DNA of 64,000 bases from Mytilus edulis (lineage: Eukaryota), in the NCBI RefSeq assembly GCF_963676685.1, contig NC_092353.1, forward strand, positions 83,390,001 through 83,454,000. The letters are read 5' to 3'. Shown one piece after another: positions 26,101 through 37,835 of the stretch (the first letter of the stretch is position 1; each line of letters opens with the position of its first letter). The position numbers were made by a program, and so were the translations under genes. Under the pieces are notes generated by a model that saw only the letters and a list, made by a program, of their open reading frames with translations, was not told where the DNA came from and did no database searches.

Positions 26101-29100
26101 CCATGTGAATGACAAATATGTCAGTTTTTACGGGTTTTGCTGCTTAAAACAAATAAAAAGAACAGAAACGAAATCCCCGCGACTGTTTTCACCAAATAAA
26201 AAAAAAAATGAAGAGTAAAAATACTCACAAGCCATGATAAACATTTCAGTTAACATGGTTAAATTGCAATCAATTTCAAATTATAGTAAGATTTTTATTC
26301 ATGAAAAATCTTAAGTCAATATAATACTTCCATGTTTAAACAAACCACAAATTCTAAAATGACGACTTTATATATGTATATATAGTATAATTCCTCTTAA
26401 AAATCCGAAAAGCAAACATTTGTATAATTTTCCAGATCGAAATATTTTTTCTATATAGGCGGATACAGGGGGTGGCCTAGGGGGCACGGCGCCACCTTTC
26501 GAGGGGAAAAAATGGTGGATTATATAGGGAATCACAGAAGCATGACTGGAGCGGGCCCCCTTAGGTCAGTCAGCGCCCCCTCCACCCTCCGCATTTTTAT
26601 GAAAAGTTCTGGATCCGCCACTGTTCTATCATGATGTTGTAAATACATGTAATTTAACAGTTTATACTCATATCATGAATACCGGTATATTTACATATAT
26701 ACAATCTATTCATTTGCAGTACAATTTTACAATAGATGGCTTAATATATTTTGGAGTTTAAATATGGGTTCGGCTGATTTCTAATCGATGAAAATTAAAC
26801 ATATTTTTTTCGTATACAGAAAAGTTTGATATTTACGAATTAATATGACTACAGTTACATACCATCTGAAAACAATCTTCTTGACAAAGATGACACTCTT
26901 TTGTCCATTTGTTCGTAATTTACTGTCAAGTTCTCAATTCTGGATATGAGTTCAGACAAACGTCCTGTTGTGAACATATGTGTTGTCGTGTGATTGTTCA
27001 CGGCGTTCTCGATTCCCTCTCGTGCGGAAGCTTGCTCTTTGAATGCCATTTCTAATAATAACAGTTTATCACCGAGTTCTGAAAACACAAGATTCCAAGG
27101 ACAGTCTTCGTTATCAAGGCACTCTTTTGTTGTCTTGTCAAAGTGGGCGTGGTTCACCAATGACGACGTCCGATACCCTGATGCGTTGATGAGAAGCGTC
27201 ACAATTAAATGAACAGTTGCTATAAGGCCAATAGTTGCGAACAAGAACCTGCAAAAGACATGTTTGTTAAAAGTGAAAAACTTTAAAGATTATAGAAAAT
27301 GTATCATGGACGCGTGATTCATAAAGGGCGCAGTCTTTATAGACATGTATGCAGCATCAACTAATGAATCATACAGAAAAAGACGAGAAATAAAGCAAAA
27401 ACGATTTGCCTGTATTCCTAAAACTCAAAATTCTTCTAACTTTATCCTTTACTTACAAGACTAATTTAAAGAAAACATTTCCCAAAAAAGTTTGACACAA
27501 GAACGCGCGCTTTTGTATACGACAAACTATCTTACCCAACACCAAGACCTATCTTAGTGATTATCGCTTTTGACATTCTTCTAGATTTAACCGAATAGTT
27601 AATCCAAGTTTTGCAGAAATCCACAGCAACATAGCCGATGATGTTTTCCAGCAAAAATGTCGTTTTCCAGCGAAATCGATGAACAGCGGTGTGACATATG
27701 GTTGTTTTCTAGACTTGATGTATAGATCCAGTTTAAAGAAATAGTCGTTGACAGCTGCGCATACCTGGTTAATTTAATGTATATAAATTCACAACAACGA
27801 TATAAACTGCATTTTTCTTTTATATTCGAATATCTGTGAAGTTCTCTTGTTGAAAGCTTTTACCAGCTATGTGATGGGTGTGAACATTATACAATTTAAA
27901 ATAAATGTTTAAATACAATTTTAAAACGGTTTGAAAAAAGGGCAAGCAGTAAATACTTCTTCAGTGTTTCGAATAAAGATATTTGAGTGCAAGATTTTTA
28001 TACAAATTGATTTTATAGTGCTATTTTCTACACCGCCGTTGTAGCATTTATATTAAGTCGTTCGATGTACTGATAATCATGGCGGCCATTTTAAATCTCA
28101 AATGATTGGTAAAAATTCAAATTTTATTTAGAAAACTTTTATATAAAAATAATTTTTGCATGAATTTTCATTTATGAGAAAAAAATGTAATATCGGCCTA
28201 TGGTCAATTTATAAAGTAAGTCCGAATTTTATTTAAAAAAAATGGATATGAAAGGAGAGGTACTATCATAGTTACTAATGAAAGCAGAATTTAGTTTTGA
28301 CAATGAAAGGGCAAATTATTTAAGGGGGACCCGAAACTAGAAAAACCGGTAGTCAAGACGGTAAAAAGTCTTGATAAGTCATAAATGAAACTCTACATTG
28401 GCACACACACACACCCCACCCCAGGAACTCTCAACGTAAATATGTAGGACTCGGAAGTACGATGGGGACGCTGAGGTGCGATGGTCACGCTGAAGTGCGA
28501 TGGTCTACGCCGAAGTGCGATGGTCCGTACGCTGATGTGCGATCGTCTGTTTGGTCCGAATGATTGCTAGTTTAAAACCTAAATATTTGCAATTATTATA
28601 AAAAGTTTATTGTTAATAGTTAATATATAAAGCAACATTCATTATTGTCTATGGTTGCATACTGAGTGAGAGATCGTCATCTTCATTTTATTACATTTGG
28701 ACATAATTCTTCATTCATTATAATATTTTATCTTTTCTTTGTTTCTCTCATGAGTTCCTCGTTCACCGTAAGTGTTCTATTATGATTCTGAGAATCTGTA
28801 TACAGACCCATATGTATTTAGAGAATGTCACGCTCCATCCTACGTGAAAATGGGCCTTTTGTAGATTTCGAAACAAAAAATCGTAACAGAAGGTTAACAT
28901 TCCTTTATCCATCAATCCTCCCCGTATTTCGTAGTATTTGTAGTTTATGAACCTCTTATTATCATAAAAACTGGAAGACTGCTTCTAACATACACATTGA
29001 CTTTAATGTCGTCATGAAAAGTATTGAAAATTTACATTTATGTAGTTTGAGTAAACCATCGCACTTCAGAGTTACCACCAACGCACTTCGGCGTAGCTAT

Positions 29101-32100
29101 CAACAAGATAGCGTCACAATGCCACCATCGCATCGTGATCAAAAACGCACTTTAGCGTCAAACCATCGCACTTCAGCGTGACCATCGCGGTTCGGAGTAC
29201 CATCGCGGTTCAGAGTCCTACAAATATATTATCTGTATATGAAAATGTATATGCTTAAAGTATTTATTAATTTGTCTATTGAGGGATCATATCGAATTAA
29301 AAATTAACGGAAAATATAAGTTGATTTTTTATTTCAGTGATTTTCCCTAAAGCTTTGCCACATCATCGATAAGCGTGAAACTGTGGTCTCATCCATGCAA
29401 TAAACGCAGCTGTTCTGTACCCTCAGTCTGTACCAAATACACTTTATCTGGTAGTGTAAATCTAAAATAATTGTATCCATGTAGTTTACGGCAAAGTTTT
29501 GTACGGTACAAAATAAACAGTATCTGCAGGTGTAAAGTTAACAATAGCTTTATTGTGCATTTACGGACGTATTCTGTTTAAAATATACATCAGTTTCTGT
29601 GAGTATGAAAGCTACAGTATCTTTATTGTGCATGCAGTAAACGGAGGTATTATGTACCAAATATACACCAGTGTCTGTGAGTATGAAAGCTACAGTAGCT
29701 TAATTGTGTAGTTAACGGAGGTATTATGTACCAAATATACACAAGAGTCTGTGAGTATGAAAGCTACAGTACCTTTATTGTGCAGTTTACGGAGATATTA
29801 TGTATCAAATATACACCAGTGTCTGTGAGTATGAAAGCTACAGTATCTTTATTGTGTAGTTTACGGAGATATTATGTACCAAATATACACCAGTATCTGT
29901 GAGTATGAAAGCTACAGTAGCTTTATTGTGTAGTTTACGGAGATATTATGTACCAAATATACACTGGTCAGTATCTGTGAGTATGAAAGCTACAGTAGCT
30001 TTATTGTGTAGTTTACGGAGGTAGTATGTATCAAATGAACACCAGTGTCTGTGAGTATGAAAGCTACAGTAGCTTTATTGTGCAGTTTACGGAGGTACTA
30101 TGTACCAAATATACACCAGTGTATGTGAGTATGAAAGCTACAGAAGCTTTATTGTGCAGTTTACCGAGGTATTATGTACCAAATATACACCAGTGTCTGT
30201 GAGTATGAAAGCTACGGTAGCTTTGCTGTGCAGTTTACGGAGGTAGTATGTATCAAATGTACACCAGTGTCTGTGAGTATGAAAGCTACAGTAGCTTTAT
30301 TGTGCAGTTTACGGAGGTAGTATGTACCAAAAATACACCAGTGTCTGTGAGTATGAAAGCTACAGAAGCTTTATTGTGCAGTTTACGGAGGTATTATGTA
30401 CCAATTATACACCAGTGTCTGGGAGTATTAAAGCTACAGAAGCTTTATTGTGTAGTTTACGGAGGTATTATGGACCAAATATACACCAGTGTCTGTGAGT
30501 ATTAAAGCTACAGTAGCTTTATTGTGCAGTTTACGGAGATATTATGTACCAAATATACACCAGTGTCTGTGAGTATGAAAGCTACAATAGCTTTATTGTG
30601 CAGTTAGCGGAGGTATTATGTACCAAATATACACCAGTGTCTGTGAGTATGAAAGCTACGGTAGCTTTATTATGCAGTTTACGGAGGTATTATTTACCAA
30701 ATATACACCAATGTCTGCGAGTATGAAAGCTATGGTAGCAGTTTACGGAGGTATTATGTACCAAATATACACCAGTGTCTGTGAGTATGAAAGAAACAGT
30801 AGCTTTGTTGTGCAGTTAACGGAGTTATTATGTACCAAATATACACCAGTGTCTGTGAGTATGAAAGCTATGGTAGCAGTTTACGGAGGTATTATGTACC
30901 AAATTTACACCAGTGACTGTGAGTATGAAAGCTACAGTAGCTGTATTGTGTAGTTTACGGACGTATTCTATTCCAAATATACACCAGTGTCTGTGAGTAT
31001 TAAAGCTACAGTAGCTTTATTGTGCAGTTTACGCAGGTATTATGTACTTAATATACACCGGTGTCTGTGAGTATTAAAGCTACAGTAGCTTTATTGTGCA
31101 GTTTACGCAGGTATTATGTACTTAATATACACCAGTGTCTGTGAGTATGAAAGCTACAGTAGCTTTATTGTGTAGTTTACGGAGGTATTATGTATCAAAT
31201 ATACACTAGTGTCTGTGAGCATGAAAGCTACAGTAGCTTTATTGTGCAGTTTACGGAGGTATTATGTACCAAATATACACCAGTGTCTGTGAGTATAAAA
31301 GGTACGGTTGTTTTATTAAGCAGTTTACGGAGGTATTATTTACCAAATATACACCAGTGTCTGCGAGTATGAAAGCTATGGTAGCAGTTTACGGAGGTAT
31401 TATGTACCAAATATACACCAGTGTCTGTGAGTATTAAAGAAACAGTAGCTTTGTTGTGTTAGTTTACGGAGGTATTACGTACCAAATATACACCAGTGTC
31501 TGTGAGTATAACAGCTACAGTAGCTTTATTGTGCAGTTTACGGAGGTATTATGTACCAAATATACACCAGAGTCTGTGAGTATGAAAGCTACAGTAGTTT
31601 TATTGTGCAGTTTACTGAGGTATTATGTACCAAATATACACCAGTGTCTGTAATAATGAAAGCTACCGTAGCTTTATTGTGAAGTTTATGGAGGTATTAT
31701 GTACTTAATATACACAAGTGTCTGTGAGTATGAAAGCTACAGTAGCTTTATTGTGTAGTTTACGGAGGTTTTATGTATCAAATATACACCAGTGGCTGTG
31801 AGCATGAAAGCTACAGTAGCTTTATTGTGCAGTTTACGGAGGTATTATGTACCAAATATACACCAGTGTCTGTGAGTATGAAAGCTACGGTAGCTTTATT
31901 GTGTTGTTTACGGACGTATTCTACTATTATTCCAAATATACACCAGTGTCTGTGAGAATGAAAGCTACAGTAGCTTTATTGAGTAGATAACGGAGGTATT
32001 ATGTACCAAATATACACCAGAGTCTGTGAGTATGAAAGCTACAGTAGCTTTATTGTGCAGTTTACGGAGGTATTATGTACCAAATATACACCAGAGTCTG

Positions 32101-35100
32101 TGAGTATGAAAGCTACAGTAGCTTTATTGTGTAATTTACGGAGGTATTATGTACCAAATATACACCAGTTTCTGTGAGTATGAAAGCTAGAGTAGCTTTA
32201 TTGTGTAGTTTACGGAGGTATTATGTACCAAATATACACCAGTGTCTGTGAGTATGAAAGCTACAGTATATTTATTGTGCAGTTTACGGAGGAATTATGC
32301 ACCAATTATACACCACTGTCTGTGAGTATGAAAGCTACAGTAGCTTTATTGTGCAGTTTACGGAGGTATTATGTACCAAATATACACCAGTGTCTGTGAG
32401 TATGAAAGCTACGGTAGCTTTATTATGCAGTTTACGGAGGTAACATTTACCAAATATACACCAGTGTCTGCGAGTATGAAAGATATGGTAGCAGTTTACG
32501 GAGGTATTATGTACCAAATATACACCATTGTCTGTGAGTATTAAAGAAACCGTAGCTTTGTTGTGCAGTTAACGGAGGTATTATGTACCAAATATACACC
32601 AGTGTCTGTGAGTATGAAAGCTATGGTAGCAGTTTACGGAGGTATTATGTACCAAATATACACCAGGGTCTGTGGGTATGAAAGCAACAGTAGCTGTATT
32701 GTGTAGTTTACGGACGTATTCTATTCCAAATATACACCAGTGTCTGTGAGTATTAAAGCTACAGTAGCTTTATTGTGCAGTTTACGGAGGTATTATGTAC
32801 TTAATATACACCAGTGGCTGTGAGTATGAAAGCTACAGTAGCTTTATTGTGTAGTTTACGGAGGTATTATGTATCAAATATACACCAGTGTCTGTGAACA
32901 TGAAAGCTACAGTAGCTTTATTGTGCAGTTTACGGGGGTATTATGTACCAAATATACACCAGTGTCTGTGAGTATGAAAGCTACGGTAGCTTTATTGTGC
33001 AGTTTACGGTGGTTTTATTTACCAAATGTACACCAGTGTCTGCGAGTATGAAAGCTATGGTAGCAGTTTACGGAGGTATTATGTACCAAATATACACCAG
33101 TATCTGTGAGTATTAAAGAAACAGTAGCTTTGTTGTGCAGTTAACGGAGGTATTATGTACCAAATATACACCAGTGTCTGTGAGTATGAAAGCTACAGAA
33201 GCTTTATAGTGCAGTTTACGGAGGTAGTATGTACCAAATATACATCAGTGTCTGTGAGTATGAAAGCTGCAGTAGCTTTGATGTGCAGTTTACGGAGGTA
33301 TTATGTACCAAATATACACCAGTGTCTGCGAGTATTGAAGCTACAGTAGCTTTATTGTGCAGTTTACGGAGGTATTATGTACCAAATATACACCAGTGTC
33401 TGTGAGTATGAAAGCTACAGAAGCTTTATAGTGTAGTTTACGGAGGTATTATGTACCAAATATATACCAGTGTGTGTGAGTATGAAAGCTACAGTAGCTT
33501 TATTGTGCAGTTAACGGAGGTATTATGTACCAAATATACACCAGTGTCTGTGAGTATGAAAGCTACAGTAGCTTTATTGTGCAGTTTACGGAGGTATTAT
33601 GTACCAAATATACACCAGTGTCTGTGAGTATGAAAGATACAGTAGCTTTATTGTGCAGTTTACGGAGATATTATGTACCAAATATACACCAGTGTCTGTG
33701 AGTATGAAAGCTACAGTAGCTTTATTGTGCAGTTTACGGAGGTATTATGTACCAAATATACACCAGTGTCTGTGAGTATGAAAGATACAGTAGCTTTATT
33801 GTGCAGTTTACGGAGGTATTATGTACCAAATATACACCAGTGTCTGTGAGTATGAAAGATACAGTAGCTTTATTGTGCAGTTTACGGAGATATTATGTAC
33901 CAAATATACACCAGTGTCTGTGAGTATGAAAGATACAGTAGCTTTATTGTGCAGTTTACGGAGGTATTATGTACCAAATATACACCACTGTCTGTGAGTA
34001 TGAAAGCTACAGTATATTTATTGTGCAGTTTACAGAGGTATTATGTACCAAATATACACCAGTGTCTGTGAGTATGAAAGCTACAGTAGCTTTATTGTGC
34101 AGTTTACTGAGGTATTATGTACCAAATATACACCAATGTCTGTAATAATGAAAGCTACAGTAGCTTTATTGTGCAGTTAACGGAGGTATTATGTACCAAA
34201 TATACACCAGTGTCTGCGAGTATTGAAGCTACAGTACCTTTATTGTGCAGTTTACGGAGGTAGTATGTACCAAATATACATCAGTGTCTGTGAGTATGAA
34301 AGCTGCAGTAGCTTTGATGTGCAGTTTACGGAGGTATTATGTACCTAATATACACCAGTGTCTGCGAGTATTGAAGCTACAGTAGCTTTATTGTGCAGTT
34401 TACGGAGGTATTATGTACCAAATATACACCAGTGTCTGTGAGTATGAAAGCTACAGTAGCTTTATTGTGTAGTTTACGGAGGTATTATGTACCAAATATA
34501 CACCAGTGTCTGTGAGTATGAAAGCTACAGTAGCTTTATTGTGTAGTTTACGGAGGTATTATGTACCAAATATACACCAGTGTCTGTGAGTATGAAAGCT
34601 ACAGTAGCTTTATTGTGAAGTTTACGGAGGTATTATGTACCAAATATACACCAGTGTCTGTGAGTATGAAAGCTATGGTAGCTTTATTGTGCAGTTTATG
34701 GAGGTCGAGAGTGTGAAAGATACAATAGCTTTATCAGTATTTTATTGTCGTATAAATCGGTGACGAGAGTTCCCGGTAACAAACGCCCAGTTCTTGCGTG
34801 AGTGAAATTACAGTATAGAAGCCAGTGTGAAATATTTATGCAGTGTACAAGTTTTGTGTCTGCTATGCAGTAAAGTATAAAATCGGAAATTAGTAAGGGT
34901 CTATAATTAAAATTTAAACTATAGATTAGTAATTGCCTACTACGGAATGGCTATTTGTCTGGCCATTGCAATGCGCTTGTCATATAATGTGAATTCAGAA
35001 GCGCGTGTAATATTATCTTCAGTAGCACCAAAGGGGCGCGTGTAATGATTGTAATCCGATCACTGGTTTTCAATTTTGATATAATTGCTGAATACGGCGA

Positions 35101-36233
35101 TATCAATATTTGAGATATATTTACTTGTTTTCGGAATTTGCTAATGGAACACGCCGGATAGTATGAACTTCAAAATATGAAACAATCTTATAAAAGGGAA
35201 CCAAAAAATTGAAATCACAACGAAAATGGGAAATAAAAGATAATTGATCGGAGAACTATAGCCTGTTTACAAAAATTATTCGACTCGCTACAGTTGTGTA
35301 AATGGTGGAAACTTGAAGTTGGGATGTTGGATATAATAATTGAATTTGTTTCTTTGATGGAAAAAATATACTATAGTAGTAAACACAAGTTTTCGATTCC
35401 CAAATTTTCAGGGATTGTACTTTCGGTTCTCCCTTGACCCCATTTGCGAGTATGGTTTTGAAAAACGGAGGGGGACGAGAAATGGCTGACTCGTGTTACG
35501 ACACCCTTGTATGTATATAGATTCCGAAAAATAGCAGGCTAATGTCGCTACAAGAAGGTAGTAATGGGGGTACCTTCATAACGTATAACGGTAAAAATTC
35601 TTGCCAAATGACGTTAACGATAATTTTTAGTGCATGACGATAAAATGTACTTTCTTTTAGACGATAAAAAAAATCATCTGAATTTGACGAATCACGCTAT
35701 TTTTTTTCTCCCAAAAATAACGGTGACGATCATTATTTGAGACATCTGACGAATCACGATAAGGATATTTTGACGAATCACGCTAAAATTTTAACCAATT
35801 TGACGCTAACGGTAGCCGATAATGACCGTTTGACGCCTGACGCTAAAGCACATTACCACCCTCCTACAAGGCAGCACTCGCACCCGCAAAGTGGAAATGG
35901 ATTTATTTAAGTTGCAATAACTTGTTTCCCAATCCACTATAAATAAACATGTTAAGACTAAAATTAACTTTACGGGGATATCAGTTGCATTACTACGGTA
36001 TAAATATCAAATCTCGACTGTTACCCAATCTCGACTGGTCTCCCACAGTATACTTACAGTGATCTCTTGTGCTTATTAATATCTTCATTGAGAATTTCCA
36101 TGTTTTTCACACTTGTAAGAATTTCTTTCCACTTTTCACTGATTTTCTTTCGAATGCCTGTGCAACCAATATCCGGAAGTTTAATTTCCTCGTCCGAACA
36201 TTTCGGCGGATTGTCTTTGGTCTCCAAATTCAT
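19886..36233 (-). CDS. Uncharacterised two-TM membrane protein with coiled-coil loop and C-terminal alpha/beta (TIR/SEFIR-like?) domain, ~451 aa
   Basis: Exons 36233-36058, 27248-26863, 23864-23632 (alternative donor 23644), 22482-22173, 20136-19886; all AG/GT with phases 2,1,0,1 matching (1356 nt, open). Non-coding exon with donor at 37044. Alternative first exon 27576-27536. Confidence 0.8.
22173..22482 (-). CDS. 2TM gene exon: alpha/beta domain, first half
   Basis: EVCIVLF...KLFIVIC...; TTTTACAG acceptor, G|GTATGT donor. Confidence 0.85.
23632..23864 (-). CDS. 2TM gene exon: TM2 and basic juxtamembrane linker
   Basis: IIGFILFVIVMVEVV followed by RQIRPHVRP; CCTTTTCAG acceptor. Confidence 0.8.
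24938..25093. mobile_element. Harbinger-like MITE, copy 1
   Basis: GGCGGATCCAG / CTGGATCCGCC TIRs; second copy at 26454-26623. Confidence 0.7.
26454..26623. mobile_element. Harbinger-like MITE, copy 2
   Basis: Shares the internal GATTATATAGGGAATCAC..TTAGGTCAGTCAG and the TIRs with copy 1. Confidence 0.7.
26863..27248 (-). CDS. 2TM gene exon: TM1 and coiled-coil loop
   Basis: FLFATIGLIATVHLIVTLLINA hydrophobic stretch; sequons NAS, NHT, NLT; heptad-like LSELISRIENLTVNYEQMDKRVSSL. Confidence 0.85.
27536..27576 (-). CDS. 2TM gene, alternative proximal first exon (MSKAIITKIGLGVG)
   Basis: ATG...GG|GTAAGA, phase 2, in frame with the next exon. Confidence 0.55.
28443..29222. mobile_element. Ginger-like non-autonomous DNA transposon
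   Basis: TGTAGGACTC...GAGTCCTACA ends (TGT..ACA), 4-bp TSD AATA, subterminal ~20-bp CGCTGAAGTGCGATGGT arrays inverted at both ends. Confidence 0.8.
29575..34705. repeat. 74-bp satellite array (~69 monomers), intronic
   Basis: Monomer GTCTGTGAGTATGAAAGCTACAGTAGCTTTATTGTGCAGTTTACGGAGGTATTATGTACCAAATATACACCAGT; edges diverged. Confidence 0.98.
35554..35863. mobile_element. MITE with 6-bp TSD
   Basis: GAAGGTAGTAATG / CATTACCACCCTC; CTACAA duplicated at 35548-35553 and 35864-35869; internal TGACG..ACG repeats. Confidence 0.7.
36058..36233 (-). CDS. 2TM gene, distal first coding exon (MNLETKDNPPK...KHKRS)
   Basis: Exon 36342-36058 bounded by TTTTTTCCAG and CT|GTAAGT; phase 2 matches the exon at 27248; just below the 60-aa ORF-track cut-off. 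Confidence 0.65.
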
Positions 36234-37329
36234 CTTGTTGATTTGTTTACATTATCATTTGACGACACATATAGGAATACATTTATGGTGATGCTATGAG
36301 ATACACGTTATGGCGGAATATCGATCCCAGAATACTCAATTACTGGAAAAAAATACTATATTGGCTTCAAATGCATAACGATTGGAGATCAATGAATTAG
36401 ATCACTGCTAACAATAAAAGAACGCAATTTGAAAGAATGATTCCATTTTGAAATTGAATGTTTTTAAAATTGAAATGCAAATGTTATCATGTAAAAGGTT
36501 TGAAATTGTGTATTCATTGCTTATTTTGATCAAGTAATTGGCTCAAATGCGCACAAAAAGAATGTTAAAATGCTACTTAAGCAGAAACTATGTTTTTATT
36601 TTTATCAAATTACCAATAAAAACTCTAATTTTCGGAACTTTCTAATTAAAAACAACATATAGAATTGAGAATGGAAATGAAGAATGTGTCAAAGAGACAA
36701 CAACCCGACCAAAGAGCAGATAACAGCCCAAGGCCACCAAAGTATAAAAGCTGTATGTCTAAAAAAAAAGTGGCGAATTAATCGAAAGAAACAATAGCAC
36801 ATTATATAAAAAAAAGCAAAATATAAAACAAATCAAATTAGAAAAACAAATACCTGATTTATAACGAAACAATCTACGAAAAATAGCTGAGCATCTCTTA
36901 CAGTATTTTCAAAATTAATTTTAGGTGATTTCTCTTCTTTTTTATGACATTTAATTACAAACGGCTTGTCTTGCTAATAATGAAAAAAGTAGACCATACG
37001 CATCTAGAGAAGAGATGAAATTAAATCCACGTGCTGATACTTACCATTTTTGGAACGTCAAGTACAGTAACACAATTTTGCTTTCAGAAATATAAGTTGA
37101 AGTAAAAGCTAATAAGTGTCCAGTTTTCGTTTTGGCACGATTGTAAACTTTCAATTTCTTTACGACTTTTCAAAAGGGAATACGTTTTATGTCAGTGACA
37201 GTGACATACATGTAGCATGAACATTTATTGATATGCAGATTTTGGCTTATCTAACTGACAAACAGTTTGAATCCAAGATTATTACAGCTTTTCAAAATAG
37301 CAAGTCTCAATAAAGCTTGTACTGATTCG

Positions 37330-37835
37330 AATTCGCCGTTTCAGAATCTAATGCATCCTGGGTAATATTTTCAAAAGTGTTCACCAAAACGTCGTGATTG
37401 GTTAAAAATGTCATAAACAATGGAAATTCAACCAATGACGTGACGTTATTTTCATTTTGGGGTACGAACAATGAAATTACCCATGATTCTTTACATTCTG
37501 AAACGGCTAATTACAAGGGTAGAATCACAACAATACGAATTATTTCTGGTCTATATTAGAACGATAATCGGGGAAAGATTCAAAGTTGGGGTATGGTGAT
37601 CCTACCACTACTCTACTTTAATTCATTTCCACACTAGGTACAAATGACAGGCAATTGGCTGTTTCAGAATCTAAAGGACTATGGGTAATTTCATTGTTCG
37701 TTCCCCAAAATGAAAATAACGTCACGCCATTGGTTAAATTTCCATTGTATATTGCATTTTTAACCAATCAGGACGTTTTGTTGTACACTTTTGAAAATAA
37801 TACGAAGGATGCATTAGATTTTGAAACGGCGAATT
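37330..37835. mobile_element. Two inverted copies of a ~180-bp MITE (37330-37512, 37653-37835)
   Basis: AATT-NGCCGTTTCAGAAT TIRs; copy 2 is the reverse complement of copy 1. Confidence 0.8.

Noticed and set aside
29575-34705. CRISPR-like array or coding ORFs (30248-33349) in the 74-bp repeat
   Set aside because: Head-to-tail monomers with no unique spacers and no cas genes, in a eukaryotic context; the ORFs are by-products of the repeat.
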